NCBI GenBank assembly: GCA_905178155.1
Contig: CAJINV010000002.1
Location: 11,076,634 to 11,140,633, forward strand
Length of the DNA stretch: 64,000 nucleotides
Direction: 5' to 3'
Source of the DNA: Amoebophrya sp. A120
Lineage: Eukaryota; Protista; Dinoflagellata
Shown: positions 48,893 through 60,100 of the stretch, one piece after another
How the letters are laid out: every line of letters starts with the position of its first letter
Numbering within the stretch: position 1 is the stretch's first letter
Notes under the pieces: model-generated
Databases searched by the model: none
Seen by the model: the letters and a program-made list of their open reading frames with translations, nothing else
What the model was told of the DNA's origin: nothing
Program-made: the position numbers and the translations under genes

Positions 48893-51706
48893 ATGAGCAT
48901 GAGCGCCGTCGTCCCTGAAAGCACACAAAGCAAAATGCTGTGCCTGTGGCTGTGCGCGTTTCAAGAAGAATTCTTGCAGCCTTGCTCTCGTTGCGTACCG
49001 AGAACACAAAAAACCGGACCCCGAGAAAATACTACTACCGGGACGAATAATATATCAGGCAACATGACTCCTCTCATCCGCATCCGTCATTTGTGTCCCT
49101 TTTTCGTTAGTCTGGTCCTTCTCACACTCCACCTAGCTGCTCCCTCTTGGGTCGGCTCTAGCAGAAGAACCGGACGAGCAAACCGTCCTTCTCCTTCTGC
49201 TGGCATTTGCAGTTTGGTCTTGGTCACCCTCTTGAGCCAAAGTGTTCGCGGTGTGTCGATGTTTGGCCCGCCCCGCGACATGCTGCGGGCCTGCACGAAC
49301 CAGGTGGAAGAGTGTTGCTGCTCCAACGGCGACGAGGGCGGTGGGGCGTTTCGAGTTCTCGTTATGCCGCCAGCGGAGGGCGCTAACGGATTACCGCTGG
49401 CCCGGGGCCTCCATCCAATCAAGCCCGAGGACCCCCAACGTTACCGACCGGCATTCATCGAACAGCAGCCGGCGCTTTCCTCGCCGAACCCGGTGGAGAT
49501 GGAAGCCCTGGCGGCGCCACCGCCGGAGGGAAACGTGTACGAACAGCCAGTGGACGAGTGGCGACCGCCCTTCGTGCAGGTGTGCCACTACGAGGGCGGC
49601 CATAATTTCGGGCAGCAGTTGCACCCTCCTCAGGCGGACAATGGCTGGAGCATTGATCCTTCGTGCAAGCTGGCGGCGCTCCGAACCGAGGAGGCGGAGC
49701 GCGAAGTGGGGAAGCGGACTTTCTTCGGGCAGAACCTGCTGGACAAAGTCAAGGCCCTGGCGAGCGTCCATCTATACAACGGGTTTCCTCCCCTCCCGGA
49801 ACTCATCGATTTCTCGGACCCGAAGCTGACACAGGAGCTGGGCGCTGGGGCATTCGGGTACGTGGTCAGCGGAAAGCTGCGCACCACCGGGGCTCACGTG
49901 GCCGTCAAACGGTACCCCCTATACCAAAGTGAGGCGATGCGGTACCAGAAGGAAGGGCGCTTCATCAATCGGTTTCTCACTTGGGGCGACTATGTCGCGG
50001 GCGAACGCCGCCTGTTCCTGGACCTGGCGCGCGACGAGTGCGAGTGGGCTCGACGGATTCAGGCCACCGCGTGGGACAGTAAAAGCAACAACGCCGGTGC
50101 AGGAGGAGCTGCACACAGTAGAAGTGGTACAATGGATCCACGAACCTTCTTTGTCAATTGCCTGGCCCGCAACATTGGCAAACTGCAGATGATGCCGATC
50201 GCTCCCAACCCGGTCACGAAGCACATTCCGCCGAATTGGCAACAGCTAGGGATGTTTCGGCTCCAACCGATTGGGGACCTGCCAAGGTCCCTGACGGACG
50301 AACTCTACACCATTTTCGAGCACGCTGGTACGCCCATTGCAAAGATGCTAGAGGCCGATGAAGCAGCGAAGCAAGTGCAGATGGACGAGGGCAGCAGGGC
50401 TGGTGTTGCCAGCCGGGCTTGTTCAAAGCGGCGTCCGGAAGCGCTGCAATTAGTAGATGCAGATGATGCATGTGATGTGGCCGCGGGCCACCCGCTTCCC
50501 AATCTGCTTGTCAAGTCTCCCGGTGGAATGCATTTACGCCTCGTGAAGCCCGGAGATCATCTTCATAACGTGGGGCCGTCGTTTCTAAACGAGACGAATA
50601 AAGAGCACATGCTCAAGCTGGTAGCACGGACGGCAGCAAGGGTAAACGCAGCGGAAAGCGGTGCAGCCGGAGGTCCGCGAGCAAGTCGAACGGTTGGTGG
50701 TCCCGGACATCGGGATGGATCGCCAGCAGCGGTGATGTCACGACGAAGTGATGACATCAATGAGGACTACAGAATCAGGTCGGCCAGGGGCCCGCGTGAG
50801 CGCCAAATATACTGCGCACAGGATTGCAACGATCACTATAATTCCGAGCGCAGCGGTGCTAGAAGTGCGCGTGCGCGGTCAGCGTCCGGCCGGACCGGGG
50901 AATACTGTAACTACAGCAGCAACTACCCGCCCTCCGGCCAGCAGAGCCAGAGTCACAGCAAGGTGTTGCTCGTTCTCAAGCAACTGTTTCAGGGCATCGA
51001 GTTCCTACGGACGCACGTCGGGGCTTCCCACCATGACATCAAACGCGAAAATCTGATGTGGAACGCGGAGAAGGAAAAGATCCAGATCATTGACTTTGGT
51101 ATCATGCAAGACATCCGGCAAGCCCGGCAGCAGGCGAACCAGATCAACATGTGGACGCCGAGTTTCGCGCCCCGCGAAATGGAGGACGGCAGCGCGTGGG
51201 AGCAGGTGCAAACCATGGACAGCTACGACATTTTTTCGCTAGCAAACACGGTGGGCGAAATTTTACTTAACGGCGAAAATATCATTGCGGACAACTACAT
51301 GGTCGATTGCACCGCGCGGCGCAACTTTCTGCGCTGCCTCTTCAAGCAGAGCAAGTACTTCATCCGTTGGGAACAACTGGAGCGTGATTTGCAGTCCACC
51401 GCGGGCGCGCAATTTGAGACGGCGATCGAAAAAATGTACGTTCGGAAACACCTCGACATGCTCGCACAGGAGATGCAAAGCAGGCCAGCATCGCCCTATC
51501 TGTCGGGCATGACATCGGGCAGTAGCAACCCGTTGCTGAAGGACTTTCTGGCCGCAACGTCTGCCCGGTTCCAACGGAGCTTCTTTGCGCTGTGGCAGCG
51601 CATGTTTTTGGCGCACGTGGAGCGCGTGGCCGCTTTCACGCAGCTGCTTGCCCTGTTGGAGAAGAAGGTCACGGACAAGGGGCAATATGTGTCGTCGGCT
51701 GAATAG
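48893..51706 (+). CDS. Ser/Thr protein kinase with N-terminal signal-like hydrophobic segments (likely start ATG 49064; a further 3' exon is possible)
   Basis: LGAGAFGYV, VAVKRY, HHDIKRENL, IIDFG, WTPSFAPRE and DIFSL; N-terminus MTPLIRIRHLCPFFVSLVLLTLHLAAPSWVGS. Confidence 0.9.
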   Translation: MSMSAVVPESTQSKMLCLWLCAFQEEFLQPCSRCVPRTQKTGPRENTTTGTNNISGNMTPLIRIRHLCPFFVSLVLLTLHLAAPSWVGSSRRTGRANRPSPSAGICSLVLVTLLSQSVRGVSMFGPPRDMLRACTNQVEECCCSNGDEGGGAFRVLVMPPAEGANGLPLARGLHPIKPEDPQRYRPAFIEQQPALSSPNPVEMEALAAPPPEGNVYEQPVDEWRPPFVQVCHYEGGHNFGQQLHPPQADNGWSIDPSCKLAALRTEEAEREVGKRTFFGQNLLDKVKALASVHLYNGFPPLPELIDFSDPKLTQELGAGAFGYVVSGKLRTTGAHVAVKRYPLYQSEAMRYQKEGRFINRFLTWGDYVAGERRLFLDLARDECEWARRIQATAWDSKSNNAGAGGAAHSRSGTMDPRTFFVNCLARNIGKLQMMPIAPNPVTKHIPPNWQQLGMFRLQPIGDLPRSLTDELYTIFEHAGTPIAKMLEADEAAKQVQMDEGSRAGVASRACSKRRPEALQLVDADDACDVAAGHPLPNLLVKSPGGMHLRLVKPGDHLHNVGPSFLNETNKEHMLKLVARTAARVNAAESGAAGGPRASRTVGGPGHRDGSPAAVMSRRSDDINEDYRIRSARGPRERQIYCAQDCNDHYNSERSGARSARARSASGRTGEYCNYSSNYPPSGQQSQSHSKVLLVLKQLFQGIEFLRTHVGASHHDIKRENLMWNAEKEKIQIIDFGIMQDIRQARQQANQINMWTPSFAPREMEDGSAWEQVQTMDSYDIFSLANTVGEILLNGENIIADNYMVDCTARRNFLRCLFKQSKYFIRWEQLERDLQSTAGAQFETAIEKMYVRKHLDMLAQEMQSRPASPYLSGMTSGSSNPLLKDFLAATSARFQRSFFALWQRMFLAHVERVAAFTQLLALLEKKVTDKGQYVSSAE

Positions 51707-54101
51707 AAAGTGCAAAATGCAAACTTGCGGGCCGAGGCCGAGCGATACCTATTTGCTCTAAATGTAGTATAATGAATTGACGCAAAGACGAGAAAGTTAT
51801 AGGCGAATGAGACAGCGTAGATAGCCCGGCACTGCCTGAAGATGGACAAGAAGATAAACGCATCCACGAGGGCGGGGCGATGCAGAAACACTTTAAGCAG
51901 ATGAATGTCGCCGGACAGGTCACCGCAGGTCCGTTAGGTCCAGCGGACACGGGTACTCGATTTTTTTTCACGTTCTTGCGGACGCCTGGTGAAAAAGACT
52001 CTTGTTGAAACTGGCTGCTTACGTAGACTCAGGCTACCTGTACCTCTTTGCTTCACTATTCGAATTCATGTGATACAGAGTTCTATTGTCGTCAGCTCTT
52101 AATAGTACTCGTTTCCGTTTATTCATCACTGATCCAGCTGGATGATTGTGTCGGAATAGTTTGTATGTGGGACGAGGACACTACCACATGCATGCGATGT
52201 TAAACCGCGCGAGCTTAGTAGACTTATAGCGCGCACCGAATTGCACATGATTTCTGATCGTCAGTGTGTGCGGCGGCTATCGCCGTCTCGATCGGCGGAC
52301 GAAGCTGATATAATGAGCGCTCTGCATCCGCAACTGTTTCATTTGAGAATACGTTAGTGTTTATACCGCAATACGCTGGGTATAGGCAAATTCGCCCGTG
52401 AGGGTCCCGTCTCGGCGGACGCAAAAAAAAAGTGTTTCTGTTTGCAAAAGCCAAAGACCAAACCGAGCTCATCTATAGATATTTTACAAAAAATGAAAAA
52501 TATCAACGACAAGAAGCGCTTGCCCGCACCGGAAAATTTATCATGTACAATACTCATAACTAGCTAGAACTAAAAGAACTTAAAAAGACTGAAGACTGAT
52601 AAAACGAACCCGACAAAGCAGTAAAGCTCGTGTTTTACAACTGCAGAGAAAAACTTTTGTAGTCTGAAAATGAAAACGCAAAGGCATGAAAAATAGAAAT
52701 TGAAATCAAAGCGGGGCCACCAGATGGCTGACGTACATCGCCAGGCGAGGAAATCGAAACACAACGTGTTGCATTTACGACGAACTCGTATGGTCCTCAC
52801 GATCATCGACTTGGACGCCAATGATTGTCTAAAGTTGCACGTGCATGATGATCAAAACATTATTGTCGTAGAGAAGATGAGGATCTTTATCTTTTTTTTT
52901 GTTTCTTACAAATAAATGCTGCGAGCGTCGGTGTCGTGCGGACCATGAAAGTTATTTCTTCTAAGGACGACGGAGACGGACGACAGATCTGCTCGACCAA
53001 TTAAGGGGGAAAGGATCTATATTTAAGTAGCATTTTTTGCTTCTACGACTTCCTCGTCTCCCGTGCTCCTTGTAGTTCCGCTTCCGTGCAGCTCTTGAAT
53101 GTTTTTGTCTGACGAAGACGAGTGACCATCAAGTGGATCATTTCAAATACTAAACTAATTACTTATACTAATTTGCTTTTTGTTTTTTTATTTCTTTTTC
53201 CGACTCGCAATCGCATTGCTTTTCCTTTTGCTGCAACGAAGTCGTGCATTGTGATGATTTTCGATTTTTTGCATTTTGTTTTGTTTGACTTTTGAGGTTC
53301 TTCAGGGGTCGATTGCTAGCTTTGCTGCGGTACTCGGTGGCAATACATTTTACGGACGAAGCTGGGAGTAACCGTCTGTCAGCCTCCGACTGGTGAGTCA
53401 GCTGCGCAACAAAAGCGCCTTTGACACGTATTTTTGTTTTCACTTGATTTTCTTGCCAGTAGTGTGACTGCGAGCTCTCAGACACGACGTGCTCGCTAAT
53501 AAATACGTGATGATGAGTACTTACTTACTGAAGTGTACTTACTTGTCTTTTTCACCGAAGCCGGGAATGGTCTTGGACTTGGTCGACGACATAGTCGGCG
53601 CAGCGAAAACACTTTCGAAATTTTACTGTACATAGTTTTCGAGCATGCAGTAGAGCTTTCGCTTTTCTCGTTTTTCCGACTTGCACGACTTCCACCACGA
53701 TGCAGCAAGAAATGTGCAAGGACGTAGGACAGGTTTCATCTTTCCTCGGGCTCTGGCTCCCCTTGATAGTTAGATGTAGAAAAAAAATAGAAAATTTTGT
53801 GGTACTCTGGCGATATAATATTGATAAAGCCTCCCCGTCCCAGTGCAGCCTTGAAGTTGCGGCAAAGTGTTATTTCCGAAGTGGGAGCATTTTCTCGCAA
53901 GATAGATCGCTGAGCTGTTGGCATGCGAGGGGGGTAAGTAGTGCAAAGCTACAGTCGACAGGCCACAGCAGCGGGGAAAGGCAGCAACTCACGCAGCGCA
54001 AGAAACCAGCGTGAAGAATACCAGCCGAAAAAATTAAGAGTCGCACACAGATCCGGAAAAGAAAGCAGTCAAGCTCAAACGCACGGACTTCTTGTTGTAC
54101 C

Positions 54102-57100
54102 ATGACTGCCATCGGGAACAGGAGCGAGGTGGACAAGCAAAAGGATAAAAGTTCCTGCTGCCGTTGTTTACGCGCATCGAGGAAGAACAAATGGAGCACG
54201 GTCTACGACCTGGTCGCGTGGCGGGTGGGCCACGCGGAGGAGGGCGTTTTCGTGCCCGTTCCGTACCCGAAAGACCGGAAAGCTTTTACAGCGTACACAA
54301 CGTACCGGCTCTACCGTTCCTGGTTTCGACTGGTGTTCGGAATTTTGGTCCTCGAGTCTTTCCTGGAAACGCCATCCTGGTGCATGAGCCGGCAGGCCGA
54401 GACGAAGGCGGCTCTGATCCGGGAAGACTTTTTCACCGGGCCGTTCCTGAACGAAGAGCGAATCTGCTCTGAGAACGCGTATTTCCTGAAAATTAACCAT
54501 CCGCATCCAATTTGTCATGCAAAATATGTAGCAAAAGGAAAAGCAAAGCCACAGTCTGTGACTGTGTTTGTCATGCAAAAAGTGGATGGTAATGGTTAAT
54601 TTTCAGGGAATAGCGCGGCCACGCCAAACACCAACTACCTGTTGTCGGGCGTGGTCTTGGTGAACCCGATCTGGAGTAGTTTGTACGAGATCTTTATCCA
54701 CAGAAAAAAACCCATCCACATCCAATTTGTCATGCAAAACATACATAAAATTCTGTGTTTGTCATGCAAAAAATGGTTGTGGAAGTGGATGGGTTTTTTT
54801 TCTCTGGATAATCTTTGTCGTCCTGTTCATCCTGCGAAAGGCCTTTTGGCGCTGCAAGTACCTCAGTTTCTTCTTCGACATTGAAGTTGAAAACGAGGAG
54901 AAACCCACAGCGTTTCTGCTCACAACTGGGAACCGAAACGGAAACGACGCCGGCACGAGGGCAAGCGACCATGCGTTCGAGAAACTGAAACGGGGTGAGG
55001 TGCCTTTTGGTGAAAACGAATGTAATTCAGCTTGTCGTGATGTTGTTGAAGAAACATCAACAACTATCGCAAAATCCGGAAATAAACTGAAAGCCTCGGT
55101 GCCGGAGGACATTTATTGTTCGAAGGACGCAACGCGCATGGCCGGCGACGTATTGAAAGGGAGTGGGTGTAAGATGACTATCGAGCAAGACAAAGACTTT
55201 CCTGGTGGTCCAAGCGTTGGTCTAGGTCTTCCAGTAGTTGCTCCTCACGTATCTGTTGCCGCACCTCCACCAGCCCCAACAGGAGGGCCAGCGACGCTGT
55301 TGCCACCACCAGCGGCAGCTGCGGGTCCAGGCTCGTCTATCAGTGAATCGTCTTCCAGCAAGCTTGTCGCGCGAAAAAAACACACCCACCGCCACAATTT
55401 TTTGGCCAAGCACCCACTGCGCTATGAAACGCAACCAGGGAAGATGAAAAAGGGGATGAAGGAGCAGCTAGTAGAGGACTTCGATCATAGAGGAGGCACG
55501 GAAGCTGCAGGAACTGGCCAAAAGCCCAGCGGCGCCGCAGCAAAAGCGTCTACTTTTCTCGCCAAAAACAGCCGCATGATGATGTCTTTGCTTTTTCCTG
55601 CCACCACGCCCCCGGCTGGCCCCATGCGAAACGGAAACTACAGCACTACCGGCCTGCTGAATGCTGCTGGATCAACAACATCTGAGCGCACTATCTACCA
55701 GAGGCTCCACGAGCACGAGTGCAAGCTGCACGGTGTGGAGTTGCTTTGCAGTTTGTACCTCTTCGTGGAGGCCGTGATTTTTCTGCTGGAAATCGGGTAC
55801 GGACGATCTTTGATTCTGTACCCCCGGCTACACCTCTTGGCACGAGCGGGGATAATGCTCAGTTCCCCGACCCTCGCCCGCCTCCTTCCGGCTGTGTGGC
55901 TCAGCATCAAGGCGAACACCAAAACCATGATCGTGATGATCACCTTCTGTTTCGTGTTTTCCTGGGTACATTTGGTCCTAATCACCGCTACTCACTCGAG
56001 CCAAGTCGACGACAAGGGGCGCGTCTATTTCGGTCGGGAAGAGAACAACATTTTCAGCGGGGCAACCGCGTACTGGAACTCCGGTACCACGGGGAACTAC
56101 CCCGGGGAGATGCTGCGCGAGTTTACGGCCTACCGCTGGACGGGCTGGCTTCACACCAGCGCGCAGGTCTTTCTCTGCACCATCATCATGCAGTTCTTGC
56201 TAGCCACAGTGATGAATGAGTACAGCGATATTATGAAGAAGCAGCACGAGCAATACACCAAGGGCCGCCGGAAAGCGCTCGAAGCCGCCTACTGGGAACT
56301 GCTAGCAGGGAGCAGCTGTGGTGCGTTGATGAACGATCAGCACGATCATTCAGCAGGTGGCGACGGAAGAACAAGAAGGAACAGCTGTGGTCCTAACACA
56401 ACGCATTCTCTACCTCCTGCTGCAGAGCAAGAACAGCACGCGACACAATTTTCCGTGAGGGAAAACCGTAACAACCCGGACCGCCTTTTAGGTGCGGGCT
56501 TGGCCGCTGCTCTCCTTTTCAACGACGACGAAGACCGGCAGCAGCTCGGCCAAAGGACTAACGTGAATCAGCAACGAGATATGGAGCAAACGGAACAAGA
56601 AGACAACGAGGACGACAACATTGAGATTTTCGGCGCCGCGTCCGGAGCACACCAGATCCCGCCATCATCGTCGAGATGCTCCGAGCAAGGCGGAGCACTT
56701 GCAGCTGACCGCTTTGGAGGTCAAATGCAGAGTCACGAGCTGAACCTCCTCAACGAATCTGTGGCAGCACCTAGCGAGGTGCCTGCCGACGTTGTGCTCC
56801 AGCCTTTTCAGTCCTTAACCGTGGGTGAGTGCCGACTTCTTTTTGCAGACAGCATCCAGCGTCATCTCATGCGGGACGTCCCAGCCACGGGCGGTCAAAG
56901 AGACGAAGACGCTGCTCCCTTGCAACCTCCAGTTGACTCAGATGTGGGGAGCACCAGAAACGGACACAAGTTGCAACTGCATTTAGATGATCATAGAACT
57001 GGAAAAGGTAAAGCAGCTAGGACAGCGACAAGCACGAGCAGACGAACTTCAAGCTCTTATCGTCGCAGTTCGACCTCCTCGGACGGTAGAAGCAACTCCT

Positions 57101-60100
57101 TCGTCGAGGACGGTGGGTCGTCTTCAATCCTTAGCGTGAAACACCGTGGAGATGACGGGTCAAGCACCGACAACGCTGCAAACAAGAGAAACAAGGACCA
57201 AATTTTAGTTACAACGTCTGCCGCGGCAAGCGGTATGCGTCAACGGAAGCACAATCGGAATTCCGGTAGCTTTCACTCGAGCGACGTTCTTTCCGAAGAC
57301 GAGCCGGTTCAAGGTTCTTACCAGAACCGCTTTACCATTGACCCCCTGGGCTCACAGCTGGGCCCCGCTCGTGTTTTCCCCGCAGACGAGAGTGACCCGC
57401 AGCAAATTTTGGAAAATTTGAACGAGCAGGGCATTGACTTGCGCACCTTGCAGCACCTCGTGGCGAGCATCAACCGACTGCCACACTTTGGGTCCGTGAA
57501 GCGCGAATACATCGAGCTGCTGTTTGTGGTCCTGGACCGGGACAACAGCGGGCTGATCGATCTGCAAGAGTGGTACCAAATTTGCGAAATTCTGCAAAAC
57601 AACTTTTGGGTGGCGCAACGCGACAGTTGCTTTCTGCAGTGGCTCGGAAGAGATAGGCACAAATGGGCTTCTACGACTGCGAAGCAGAGTGCAGCGGTTG
57701 CTGAGCCTGGAAGCACAGCGAAAAATACGGCGAGTGCACATTCACGACATACAACAAGTTGTACTGTTGCGGGCACAAGAACTACAAGCAAAGTGGAGGC
57801 ACTAGCTGCTGGACCATCTTCTACTTCCAGGAGATCTAGTGTGGGACAGATACATCAACCAAGCCTGGCAGAAGTCACGGAGCAAGAACTCCAACCTCTG
57901 TTGCATGCGGATGACGTCGTCCCAGGTACTATCATGCAGGGTGGGTTGGTACAGAACCAAGTCCAAGGGTCGTCCTCCCAGGTGGTCCAGAAGTTGAAAA
58001 AAAGGAAGCTCCCCTCGTCGCGGAAGACGTGCCGCCAGAGCCTGTACCTGTTTTTCCGGTACTTGCAGAAGCGTTGGGTGATTTCTGGGAAACTATCACG
58101 GTGCATGTATTTTGTGTTGTTTTTCAACGTCGTTGTTCTATTTGTGGAATTCGTGTACGAGTCTCGGCAGCACGAAGACGAGCGCAGCCGGGCTGCGCGC
58201 GAACGCCACGCCCTATTTTCCATCGGCGAACTCGTGTTTTCCTCGTTGTTTCTGCTGGAAGTGCTGGTTCGGATTCTCACCGTCTCCTGGACCGAGTACT
58301 GGTACGGTAACTCGTCGGCAAGGTTCGACTTCGCGACGGCTTTACTGCTCTTCTTCAGTTCCCTCACCGATGTCATCTTCTGCTACTTCGTGGACTTGCA
58401 ACCCGGGCGTGGGCTAAGCCCTCCCCCGTCACCACTCAGCCCGCGGAGCGGCGGAATAGGGGTTGGAGACGGGAGCATGGCCGTTTTTACATGTACTTTT
58501 CTACCAATAGCGACCTTTTGATATTGATCGACTTTGATAATTTTGGATGACGCTGCTCACAAGAAATAGTGCGGTATTCTTTGATTGATAACGGCCAGAG
58601 TCTGCAGATATTGCAGGTCTGGTTCCTCCTGCTTGCGCAGCTAGTGCAACGAGAAAACAAAAAAAAGAAACAATTCTATACTTCATTTCCAGCCGAACCT
58701 CCGACCCTGGCGCCACCCTTGCGTCCACCCCGCAGCAGCCTACTTTCTGCCAACACGCCCCCGCGACTGCTTCGTGCGCTTTCGGAAATGGAACCGAGCA
58801 CCTGGCGCGGGTTTGCCCGGTACCTGAACCTGCTGCGACTGCTAAAGTTGGTTCAGCTGTTGAAGAAATCAAACAGCTTTAAGCTCGTATTCACCGCAGT
58901 GGAAGACCTTTACGCCGCCTGCGAGGACGTGGCGGCGCTGATGTTTCTAGCTCTCTTCACCTTCTCCAGTGTGGGCATGCTGGTCTGGGGCGGCACTGAG
59001 CTCGGCATGAAGGAACCCCGAATTGCCGAATGGCGGAAGAGTGTATTTGTTACCATCTGTTTACTGTTTCCGTTTCCGGCTTGGCTCTTGACATCACGGT
59101 TTTCCAGCCGAACCTCGCCCACGATCCGATCTTTTTTTTGCATAGACCTCAAGCGAGCAGTAGATCCAGTCGTATAGATATTCATTTGCCCATTAGACGG
59201 CCGCGGCGCAGGTGCAGATTTCTAAAGCTGCAAAAATTCTGATTTTCCCCCAACAGGTCCTTTCCGCTGAAGATTTGGGTGAAGCCGAGCAGCGACTGGT
59301 CGAGTTCAAGGATTCAGATTTTGCCCAAGGCGAAATGGGGATTCTGAACTTCAACGATCTGCTCCTGTCGATGCACAACTGCTACCAGATCTGGGTGAAT
59401 ACGCACGACGGAGCCCTCGCCGAGGCCATGGACCTGACATATCCCGGATATCGTCCTTTGTGCGCGTTTCTGAAGTGGCTAAAACAACGCGTAACCGAGC
59501 TCCGCCAGGTCGACGGGTTTCAGTGGGTGCCCCGCGTGCCCGTCACCAGCATTGCTTACGGGTACCTGTTTCAGGCCCTGTTCTTTTTCTTTTTCACCAC
59601 CGTAGTTGGGAACATCTTCGTGGTGTGGCTGATTCAGGTCGTGGGGTGCGTCGAAGCCGAGGAAAAGGAACAGGAGGAACTACTCGCCAACGACCGGTTT
59701 AGGCAAGAAGAGCAAGCACAACTTCTCGGAGAGGCGCAAGCAACAAACGATCGACGATCGTCCGTGCGCTCATCGCGAAGGTCCTCGTTCCTCCGAGGTC
59801 GTCCAGGCAGCTGGGGAAGCGAACGAGCGAGCAGATCCGAGTTCGATGTCGGGCTGCCGCCAAACGGAGCAGACGACGGCAACGGTGCATTCTTCGGCGG
59901 GGACGCAGCGAAAAACATCAGCGAGGATTTGAACGACAATAACGATAAGAACTCGAAGATCAGCGAAGATGATCAGGATGATAAGGACGCCTACGACATA
60001 GAAAACCAAAAGCATCTTCGCGACGTCGTCGATTGGTCTGGCTTTCCGGGTGCTGCGCACTACAATCGCGGAGTCGAAAACCTCGCGAGCATCGGCAACA

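Noticed and set aside
58386-58776. CTTCGTG direct repeat as the TPC intron 3 boundary
   Set aside because: Removing 384 nt does not join the required frames (needs 2 mod 3), and there are no TA termini.
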